NCBI GenBank assembly: GCA_051047955.1
Contig: JBPGPT010000006.1
Location: 186,001-250,000 of the forward strand
Direction: 5' to 3'
Source: Cystobasidiomycetes sp. EMM_F5
Lineage: Eukaryota
DNA: 64,000 nt
A program made the translations under genes and the position numbers. Shown in pieces: positions 53,593 through 64,000 of the stretch. The notes under the pieces were generated by a model, which had not been told where the DNA came from, made no database searches, and saw only the letters and a list, made by a program, of their open reading frames with translations. The number at the start of each line of letters is the position of its first letter. Position 1 is the first letter of the stretch.

Positions 53593-54449
53593 TCAAGCAA
53601 TAGTTGCAACTAAACCGGCAGCCAGGATGGCGATGGCAATCGTGTTGGCAGCCAACGTGCCAGCTCCATTTGATCTAGACGTAGTGGGGGCAGACATCGT
53701 AGTGGAGGACGTGACACTCTGAGGCTGCGGGGCAGAGGTGGTAACGGGACCCGCGGTCGAGGACGAGGATTGTCTGGAAGTAACGCCAGAAGAAGTCGAA
53801 GATTGCGACACGATCGCCGAGCTACTCAGACACGAGTTTGATGACCCAGCCTGCACAACTGTTGGGTATGCGTAATTCACAGCACCAGTGCCGTCGGTGA
53901 TAGATACCGTGACGTTCGTCCCGGCAGGTACGTTAACCGTCCACGTGTACTGCGATCCGCTATTCTGCGTTGGCAGGGTGACAAGTGCGGCCGCTTGAGC
54001 TTGACCTCCCTGTGAACCATACTACGACTCAGTATACGCTACCGGTAGTCTCAGTCTTCTCTTACGGGCAGTATACGCAGGTAGTACGGAGCCTATAATT
54101 TAATGTCAGGTTTCGTGGAAAATCCATTGACAGATGGACCCACAGTCCCTTGCGACCAAGTGAGGAGAGCCGGCTGTAGTAACGCTCCTCAATGAGGCTT
54201 AATTTGATTGCGCCGGGTACAAGCTGCCATACCTGACATTGCACCAAGGCTGCAGGAGAGCTGCGGTGACTATTAGTGTGGGAAAGATAGCTCACGTAGA
54301 CCTGCGACCTACTTGATGACCTGCGGATCAAACAGTCGTCAATGGCCGGATCATGTCTACTTCAAAGCAGAAACCAAACTCACGACTGCCTGAACGGTCG
54401 AAAGGAGGGTGATGGCAGTGACTGTAATCTGAGCAGTGAAAGTCTTCAT
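53593..54449 (-). CDS. Small secreted Ser/Thr-rich, probably GPI-anchored cell-wall protein
   Basis: Signal peptide MKTFTAQITVTAITLLSTVQA, PAALVQCQ, YTWTVNVPAGTNVTVSITDGTG, S/T-rich stalk, NGAG plus hydrophobic C-terminus. Confidence 0.8.
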
Positions 54450-54793
54450 ATTGATGCTGGGCAGAGGGATCCGCAGTATGCTGTGAAAGACCGATGGACG
54501 CGTCGAATGACCGTGTCTGCAGGCTGGTCAGAGGCAGACAACAAGAACCAATAAACAAGCGTAAGTTCTCTGATCTTCAGTTACGATCTGACTTTCGCGC
54601 GGAGGTAACCGTAAGTTCACTGCTGATCAGAATAAGATCTGCAACTGAAGTCAGTTCTGCGGAATGTGATGTAACCCGACCGAAGTGGCTTGACGCACCG
54701 AGTAAGGTTAGGAGTCCGATGCGGAGACGTGAGTGCGTGTGGGCTGTGGGTCCGATGCTCAGCCTTGGTCAGAGGTTAAGTTAGCTTCTTAAA

Positions 54794-54818
54794 GAAGAGA
54801 AGAGAGAGAGAGAGAGAG
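54794..54818. repeat. (GA)n microsatellite
   Basis: gaagagaagagagagagagagagag. Confidence 0.85.
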
Positions 54819-55164
54819 ACCAAAGATGCAGCGCTTATGCGTGTTAACAGTGCGCGCCATGCGAAATTGGTCGCCACCGAACATCTCCCTCATTGAGTGA
54901 TCGAGCATTTCAAGGTACAGCACACAGCCTTGACAGGTATGAGAGGCTGCTCTTGCGCTATAAGAGCTGTCTTGTCTTCGTACGATATTTCTGCAGCGCC
55001 TCTCGGATGGATAAGCCGGGCCTTCAGCTTCCGCCCGGAGCGACCTTCTACAGGCGGCCGTCGCCTTCTAGTAACATAACAATAGGGGTTCTGTGACCTT
55101 CTATGTGTATGGAGGGTTTCGCCGCTGGGTGTCACGTCGTGACGCAGGTTTCAAACAGTCTTGC

Positions 55165-58100
55165 TCAGGGTGTGGGCGGTGCAAGCGGCTGCAGGTCCGC
55201 TTCTTCCGTCTCCTCTTGTGGGGTAAGCTGAGGATGCCAAGGCGACGAAGAGAGGTAAGACGAGTGATAGCAAAGACATGTAGATGTCAGTCGATTTGAT
55301 ACGCGTGCAATCCCAGATGCATGCCCGTAGGCGTACATTTGCCAACATATGCTCGGCGCCCTACAGCTTCGAGGGACGAAGGTGTTGACTTACAATTATG
55401 GATTGGCGACCTCCCATGAGCTCAGTCATGCCTGATGCACATCGAAACATTAGCATAGGATTAGCGATTGTCGATCGGTACAGCCGGCTGACCTTTTAAT
55501 GGCAGCCACCATGGGTTTTTCGGTCTTCGTTTGACCATGTCGGTGCCTTTGATCATCGCTGGTAAGTTCACAATCTCGAGCGTCGCACCCGTTATGCAGA
55601 TTGTTCCGATTGTGTGGACGGATTTATCCTTGGGCGGAAGTTTCCGAGGTACTGCATGCATCTCCAGAAAGTCGATGCATCGGACCGATAGTCGCACGCC
55701 TCGGCAGCGGTCACGCGGTGAAGGCGTACCACCTTGCAGTGTGTGACCGAGTTGCACGCTTCTGGAATCGAAGAGCGAACGCCCCTCCTCGTTCAGAATG
55801 TTATTTACAAACTCTGTCGTGTAACATCTCGACGACTTCTCGCTTCTGCAAAGATGTGGCCGTTGTTAGGCCTGTTATCGGAAGTTTAATGACGGATAGT
55901 CACGCACCTGACAATAAGTCTGCCTTCACTTTTGCCCGTTGCATCACGGCGGTAGCGATTCTTGAGCCATTCGACGTCCGCCTCAAGCATCTTCAGACTG
56001 ACTCCTGTCTCTGGTGCATACACGATGACCGCCCCTACCGCAAGAGCACCAACGACGCTTATGTATCCGCACTCTCCACCCTGCGTTTCGACAACAAAGA
56101 CGCGGTTTCGGCTTGCGGATGCAGACTGTTTAATAGCGTCACATGCCTCGACCAGCACGTTGATGGACGTATCGCTCCCAAGGGACCAGTCAGTGACGGG
56201 CACATTGTTGGATATAGTGGCAGGAAGATGAACGGTAGGAATGCGGAACTTGCGGTAATTGTCCCTCGCCTTGTCGAGCGCCATAATTGATGTGTAAGCT
56301 TCAAAACCGCCAATGATCAATAGACCATCGATTTTGTACTCCTCCAACTTTAGTGCGATGCCCTCGAGATCGATCTCTGGCTGTTTGCGGTTAGTGCCCA
56401 ATTCTGACCCGCCCCGCGTTGTCCATTGGTCGACTCGCATCCACGTCAACTCAGACACATTATCTTCAAGCAGACCTGGCCATCCATTGTAAATGCCTAA
56501 GGGAGTGTGCCCTCGACACAGGCAGTATCTGGCGGCCATGCGCGTTGCAGCATTCATACCGCCAGCGGGTGCTCCGACGCTGATCAACAAGTATTAGTGC
56601 CGCCATACGTACAATGATGTAGCTCACTGGATGATTCCTATTCTCAAATGCTGCAACAATAACAGAGTCAGTAGAGTGGACAGTGACTCAGAATTCGCAC
56701 AGACCTCTTCAGGCGGCAAGCGGAAGCGTTCGTCGATTCTTGTGGAGGCATAGAAAGCTTTCAAGCACTCCTCAAATTCGGGATCTCGTAAAGCTAGGGC
56801 GCCCTCGAAATCCTTTTCCGCTATCCGCTTAGCCACTTCCTGCGTTTTTGCAATGGCCTCCATCATCGGCATACGAGTGATAGCATTTTCGGAAAGTCCG
56901 ATAATATAGGATGGTGAATCTGGCTTTGCAGTAAGAACGGTCTCTATCGCTTCTATGCCTTGGAGGGACGACTGCAGCAGTATATTAATACAATCGGAAG
57001 CACGCGTCGATGGAACAATAATGGGGCGTACCAAGATACGATCATATGCACAAGGCCGACCACCACGTTGCGTGTGCCCTAATGTGGTAACCCTCGTGTC
57101 CAGCTTCAATCGCTCAACGAGAATCTGTTTGACGAGCTCCGCTGTAATGGGCTGGAGTTGGCGATCAATAGCACCCTCCGCAACAATGATGATGCTCTTC
57201 CTCTTGCCGAGATCCCGATGTTTCTGCAGTATATTGCACATCTGCGTCTGCCAATCTGTAGTATTCGGCGGGCGTTCTGGGATGAATAGGTGATCCGCGC
57301 CAGTCGCAATACCAGCCATCACAGCAAGCCAGCCGCAGTGCCTGCCCATGACTTCGATGACGAAAGCGCGAGAATGCGACGAGGCTGTCGAAGAGATGCT
57401 ATCGACAGACTCGCAAATGCGGTGAAGGGCTGTCGCGGCACCAATAGTCAGATCTGTTCCGGCCAGATCGTTATCGATACTGCCGACTAGTCCGACAATG
57501 TTGAGATGCTGATGTTTTTCGTACTTTTCAGGCGTAATCTTCCCTTCGTTGATCAATTCTTGCATGTGCTGTGGCCATTCTTCACGTAGCATGTTTGCAC
57601 CGGTCAGAGACCCGTCTCCTCCGCACACAACGAGTGCGTCAATGCCATGCTTGACGAGGTTGTAGGCTGCTTGTCGGCGACCTTCGACTTCACGGAAAGC
57701 TTTACACCTTGCGGTCCCTATCAGAGTTCCGCCTTCGCCGACAAAACCGCGCACGTCGTCCCAACCGACTTGAATAATGTAGCGTCCGCGGAAGGTCGCT
57801 TCACTCTCGCCTTCCTTGAGCAACTCTCCATCACCGTAGGTAGCAACGAAACCTGTCCGTTTGCCAGTTTTCGGATTGGGCAAGCGAGTCTGTTCAGGAT
57901 TTGCGTCGTCTGCATTGCCGTTGACGAGACCTTGCCAGCCTTCTCGTACTACAAACATCTCGCAGCCGCTGCGGGTGTTCGTTCTCAGGTTCATTGTACA
58001 CGTGCGACCATGAGAAGCAGTGAGGAGCTCACCGAGTGATTCCCATTCTGACGCAGCGAGAGACGACAGCGTTCACTGCAGAGGACAGTGAAATGCGTCA

Positions 58101-58256
58101 GACTTGTCTTTGCATGGCTTCGCAATTGTGGGATCATTGACGCCGAGACGCACTACCAGCCGAGTCTCCACCAGAAGTCAGAACAGCAATCCGTTTTGGC
58201 TGAGCATCTGCCGCCCCTCCATTCAAGTCAATATGCTCGGGTCTTGGTGCTGCCAT
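55165..58256 (-). CDS. PFK1: ATP-dependent 6-phosphofructokinase (eukaryotic duplicated type); 3' end tentative
   Basis: KRIAVLTSGGDSAG-MNAVV, GGTLIGTARC, CGGDGSLTGA, GSIDND, EVMGRHCGWL, LGHTQRGG, VGAPAGGMNAA, PATISNNVP, ETQGG, LGHTLQGGTPSPRDR. Confidence 0.96.
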
Positions 58257-58617
58257 TGTGGGCTTATTGCTTTCGCAAATCTATACCGCCCAGTGTTATC
58301 TTTGATTTATCGGCCAGCTTGACCCAGAAAGCTGCCTCGACAACCGTTCAGGCTGCAGAATGTCTTATTCTCGCTGAGTCGTATAGCAGTATGCAGACTT
58401 TCTTGACGGACGTGCAAATTCCAATTCGACAAGCTCGAATCCAAACAATTATCATCTTCAAGCTCAACGCCCGATCACCCTGTCAAGGGGCTCTGCGGAG
58501 ACTGGCATCAACATTGGCTGAAGCTCTACATTGGCCAGGTGTCAACATCACGACAGCGAGAAGTAAGATACATATAGCTTTCTGCAAACTGCGCACTAAA
58601 CTGCTTACTCAATCGAC

Positions 58618-60421
58618 CTAACGACCGACCATCTCCCTATCCCCGTTGAACTGCGGACGCGCTGATGTGGGTGCTAGTCGAGCGCCATCACTATCACCCG
58701 AGTATGTCCAGTCAAGGGACAACGGAGCCCGGTGTGACGGCTTGTCCTCCTCGCCGGCACTAGCGGGCGGAGACGAAGCTGGGAACCACCTCCAGCCAAA
58801 GCCCCGATTCACATCTAGTGAAGTAGAGGCTGGCACATTCCCTCCAGCATCAGAGTCTGATTCAATCTCGTCTCCATTCGCATCTAGCCGTCTCCATCCG
58901 CCTCTTGTCAGTCTCCGCAACTGTCGCTCGGCAGGTGGAGGGCTGACTGCCACTTCAGCTCGAGAAAACGCGCGAGGGCTACTTGATATTTCTGCAACAC
59001 TTTCGTCATTCTGAGACGGTCGGATGCGGACCATCGGTGGATTAGGTAACAGCTCGCCGACGTTGCGAGAAGGTAGAGTCACCCTCGTTGAGGACATACG
59101 TATGCGGCCTGTACTTTGTTGTAGGCGTGGATTATAGCTCGACTCTGGAGGCGTCAGCATGGCAGTATCGGCACGGATGGCTGAGTCCAACTCCGGGACG
59201 GCGGCCGCTGGTACGCCCCGATTCAACGAGGAATAAGCGTATCTGTGCGGACTGGTCACGCCCGCCATAGAGCTTGCATCGTTGATGATTCGTGCAGCTT
59301 CATGCTGCTCCAAAGTATTGGGTGTTGACACGAGACTATCACCGAGGTCTCGTAATGCAGCAGTCGGACGCGATAGGGTGATAACACGATCAATCTCCAC
59401 GCTCGCAGCTCGAAGATCTGCCAATGCGCGCTCAAGACTAAGTCCAGATCGCGCTTCGCTCAGTGCAGCTAGCTCGCTTCGCGTTGAAGGTGATAGTTCT
59501 GGTGGGTCTGATGGGGGTGCTGCCAGAATCTGTCTTCGCAGAACAGTAGCTATCCTCTCCAGCCTGTAGAGCGTAGTAAACATGAGTCATCATCGCGCCA
59601 AATGAGCGATCGTATTGTCTACCTTTCGGAGTGTGCGAGCGCATTGCGAATGGCATCTCTAGCCTGGACGAGAGCGAAACGAGAGCCTTGCAGGGCACTT
59701 TGGGCTCTACTGATAGAGGCCATACTGATTTGTGCGTCTAGCTCCTCCAAGCGGGACCTAATACTTCTGGTGTCATTGATGCGATTCAGCGCGCGCCTGC
59801 CAATTGTCGTAAGTGAAGCGTCCTCGTCTGCTCCTTCGGCTGTTATTGCAGAAGTAGGCTGCGGCAATGAATTATTGAACGACGGAATAGGTGTACCCAG
59901 TCGCGGTGGAAGCACAAAGTTATCGCTGAGGTCCAGTGCAGCGAATACTCTGGATCTGCGGGCCGTGCGAGACGAAGACACTGCGGCCCGGCTGATTGAA
60001 GTGAGACTTGGTACATGCGTAGCTGAACAAAACAGAGTCAGCGGAAACCAGCACGTACGGAAGATTCAAAACATACCCTCGGTTGCATCGTCATGACGTG
60101 TTACTGGTCGCGTCAAAGCAATTGGATCATCGAGAGATGCAGCAGTCCCCACATCTTGAGTGTGTACATCCTCCGTATCTACTGCGTGGGGTTGTCTTGT
60201 ATTGCCCTCTCCTCGGTCAAGTGCACCCGCCGACGTCACAGCGCTGCTGCTTGAACTGGAAGCCCCAGCGTAAGAGATGCATGTATCGCAACTGCACGCG
60301 GCTGCGGATTTGTTGTATCCAAGGGCATCAGTAAGATCAGCCAAGTACATCCGTCTCCGTCAGCTACGCCGGTCAAGTGCTCATGTTGCTGCGGCGCACC
60401 TGGTCTGACTGGCCGGCCCAT
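58618..60421 (-). CDS. Hypothetical low-complexity R/S-rich protein (start uncertain)
   Basis: Consecutive long minus-strand ORFs (321, 120 and 94 aa) separated by intron-like gaps; no recognised domain. Confidence 0.5.
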
Positions 60422-60625
60422 CGCGACTATTACGGCTGCGATTGTGCTCAAGCAGCTACTATCTCAGACGATGCCCCATGTTGCAGATAAGTACGGGTGG
60501 TGGGCAAAATCCGAACGAGCTTTGTCATTGTTTGCTACCGCGACAAGCGGTATGGGCAAGTTGATCGCGTTGCTGCATTCCGTATAGGGCAATCGTGAAT
60601 CTCCGCATTCTGGCTGCTAGACTGG

Positions 60626-63600
60626 CTACGGCGACAACAGCGTCTCTACATCCTCCATGACAATCTCCGCATTGTGTCTGACCAGTGCGTCTTCGTCTAC
60701 ATTTTGCGTATACCCAATCACGTTGTGTAATCTGCGAAGATCCGCGCGAGAGAATTGCGACGCATCTGCTCGCAAGAGGCGACTGAGAAAAGACAACGCT
60801 CCTCTTCGCAAAGAAGGATGCGTAGATGCCACCTCGAGGGGTTCTGGTGTCTCGTCCTTGCCTTTCAATTGACCGCTTTTCCGCGTTTCGACGCTCAGCA
60901 GATCCGACATAGCATTGATCAGGTTGCTGCTGTGCGGAATCATCGGAAGCGGCGCAACTTCCACGCATGTTGAGATAATTGCCAGCCCAGACGTGCGAAG
61001 CGCCACAGGGAGGGTACGTGTCCGAACAACGTGCAGTAAAGGCGGTAGCAGAATGTCGACTGGGTCACAAATTATTAGCCGTTGTAACATGAAGACACTG
61101 TCATGCTTACTTACTGAACTTGGCAAGCGCAGTCGCTGCGCGTTGAGTTATCTGCACTAGCGCTTCCCCTACCCGAAGACGTTTATCGAGTTCGCGACGG
61201 CCAGGCTCGCCATCACCAACGTAGTCCGGATCCTTGCCCAAGTATACTCGAACCAGTCGCTTAGCAATAGCTGCACCGAACACGTCTGCCATGCTGCTCA
61301 GGCCTTGAACAGCGTTTAGATACAGGAAGGAATCGTCATCCTGGATAGCCTGTACGAAAATTTCCAGAATTGCGGGCACGAGCGCCGGCTCAGCTGCAAA
61401 CAAGCGGCCATTTCCAGTGACGAGAGATCGGAGCATCGACAGACCTTGTGCTCGGACCGGAAGAATCGGGTCCTGCAGCAATCTGAGAGCATCAAGGTAA
61501 ATTTGACGCTCGGCGGAAATTGCAGGATCTTTTGAGGCACAGGAGTTGTTCTCGCGCATGCGAGTTGCCTCGCGTCGCAACGACAGTATCGTACGAGCAT
61601 CTCTTGCCAATCTGCCAACCACTTCCGAGGGATGCTCGACCAAATCTCGAAGTTTCGCATCGATGCTGCCAAGAACCGGAGTTACGTTAAAGTCTAGATT
61701 TTCGTTGACTACGCAACCGATAACTCATATCATTCAGACAAAGCTTTCTATCACTCCTCGAAGATAGCTCACCTTCCAATACCGAGAGAAGTAATGTAAT
61801 TCCGGTCAAGACAAGCTGATCCTGAGGAGCTATGCCCTCCAGTTCGGGAAACTCGGGCACATCTTCTTCCGCAGCGTACACCTCATCGTCATGATCATCG
61901 TAATCTGCTATTCGCAGATCGCCAAGGGATAAACCGTTTGTCGTAGGTGTGCACGTCGCGTTCACAGTAGATGTCGTCGAAGTCGAGGGTACTGCCCTCT
62001 TTTCGGTCCGCTCGAGTGCGTGATCAATGAAGATCAAGGTCTGCGGAGGTTCATGCACAATCTCGCTTCCGCATTGCTCAATAATTTGGAGCATGAGCTG
62101 AAGTCGCAAAAGAATATGCTTTTGAGTCGAGAAGCTTGAGCTTTTGGACTCCGAAGAAAAACGCTGCATCGTCTTGCTTTCGCCAAGCCACCGAATGAGT
62201 AGCTGTACGATGATTTCCTTCCTGGCTAATTGTTTGAGCCAGGACACGAGGAGCTGGGGATTCGGACGTAACTCCAGCATACTATCGCCGAAGCCTCCAA
62301 GCTCGTCTGAGCTACCGCTCTCTTTCAGACCCACATAAGCGACACTGCCGCTTTCGGTCCGCCGCCATCGTAGAGCATCTTCCTCCTTGACAACGATACA
62401 TAGGGATTCTACGACCTCTTCTTCATCGAGGGTTCTTCCCCACAAATTGAGAAGATTTGCAACAGCTTGACGAAGAAGTGGGTCAGCCTTTGTTTGCTGA
62501 ATAAATAGGTACATTGAAAGCAGGCTTGTAACGTTGGGCGTGAGCAGGAAAGCATAATTCGTAGGCGATGGATCGATGTTGGAAACAATGATATTCAGCA
62601 TTTCGAGGCGATCCTCAATGTTCTCGGCCTGCAACGTGATGCGCGGCAGTAAATGTTGTCGGACGACATCTGGCAGCGTTTCGATGAGGCGAGAGATGCA
62701 GAAGCAAAGTGCGCGCAGATATGAGGGAGGCGACGTTTGTCCGCTCGAAGCGGGCTGCAGTATTCCGAGAATGCGTGGAAGTACGAGTGCGTAATAAGCG
62801 GTCGTCTCCATATGGGTCGGTGGCGTTATGATAAGTCTGGCAACCTGTTCAAGCTGTTGCATCTGTGGCTCGCCTTCGGATCTCCCAAGGAGAACATTCA
62901 ACAGCCCCAAAATTCCGCCTGGCCTGATCAGCTGTCGAGACAAGAGGGCAGACACGGCTGAAGGCAGCCAGGTCTTTTCAGAAACCTTTCTGCTAGCGCT
63001 CGAGGAGGATAGTAAAGCGAAGAGAGCAGCCATGGCTGTCGAAGGCGGGATGCTGTACCATCAATCGTATTAGTTCCATCCTCCTCGTTGCATTTTACCA
63101 TTCCACTTACGTCCAGAGTAAACGGTCAATAGCATCCCTGGCGATGCATCCCGTCCTTTGGAGCTGCAAAATCGCTGCCAGTGTTGGAAGTAACAGATGC
63201 GGTAGTGTAACAGTCTGCAGTTCCACAGCCCAGAAAGCGTTGGCTTCGTTTCGATCCTCGGCTGGCCGTACGAGGATCATCAGTGCGCTTTCAGCGAAGT
63301 ACCGTAGTAGCGTATTCCGTTTCTCATCCGTGTCATCTTCTTTCAGTGTGACGATGCGTTGCTCTTTGTCCTGCATGTCCGGCGGCAGGATGCCATGATC
63401 AATTACGCTAGCAGTTCCCCAGCGTGCCATGATGGATGCCAATGTCTGTATGACGTTAACGTCCCTCATTCCAAAGGTCGGCGCAGCTTGAATTGCCTTG
63501 GAAGTAGAAGGCTTGTTTGCCGACATGGCCTTGTCCTCCTGTTCGCATTTCTGCAATTGCAGCAGAATGTACAACGCGGCCACTGCGGTCAAGAGTTGCA

Positions 63601-63844
63601 GCTGCTTCTCGTCAGCCGCTGAGATTGTCGTACTCTCGCTCGTATGCGTGATCCTCTTCACGGTCTCGTCTTCCATCCAGCCTGGAACCGCATCGCTGAA
63701 TATCGCAAGCCGGAATCGCAAGATGTCAGCAAGCTTCGCTGGAGGATTGCCATTGCTTTGCAGTAGTCTATTAGGAGGTTTCGATGTCCCAGCGAGATAC
63801 GAAGCGGCTTGCAAGGTTTCCTTCAGGTTTGGCAGAGTCGTCAT
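60626..63844 (-). CDS. RTP1: RNA polymerase II assembly/import factor Rtp1 (TANGO6-like)
   Basis: LLSRQLIRPGG, YLDALRLLQDPILPVRAQGLSML, IQDDDSFLYLNAVQGLS, LDKRLRVGEALVQ, LRTSGLAII, DEDALVRHNA. Confidence 0.88.
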
Positions 63845-64000
63845 GAGACATCGAGTCGATAGCCTCTCTAGGCGCGGAGACCTTTAATGGCAACAACAAC
63901 AATTATACGAGGATCAATACTACTGCGGACACAATATGCGAATGGATGATGCTGGCTCCTGCCCGAATGATGGTTGTGCGCGCCGTCCTCTCTCCTATCA

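Overview
Gene-dense eukaryotic DNA with many short (~45-70 nt) GT-AG introns, so the ORF track shows only exon fragments. Gene content points to a basidiomycete fungus (inference; no species call). About 33 protein genes can be reconstructed by hand; no RNA genes, transposons or CRISPR were recognised. Conserved housekeeping genes include PUT2, mitochondrial uL13, a Nudix hydrolase, an SSU1/TDT transporter, ERF4, ERV14, SAP18, SEC27, a Myb protein, YVC1, PFK and RTP1. Most of the unusual content lies in the first ~37 kb. (1) An intron-containing, signal-peptide-bearing gene joins a collagen G-X-Y repeat to a bacterial/phage tail-collar (MdpB-like) domain, with a frame switch at the junction (18942-19805). 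(2) A six-member family of small, secreted, Cys-containing proteins has ricin-B-like motifs; one copy has a premature stop and two copies precisely lack a shared intron. (3) Two tandem DUF1996-WSC genes and a secreted SLT/lysozyme-like gene sit nearby. (4) A second-type enolase is frameshifted and truncated. (5) A three-member orphan family shares an unrecognised ~95-aa C-terminal domain (31.2-36.4 kb). Gene coordinates span introns and were spliced manually; no database searches were run.
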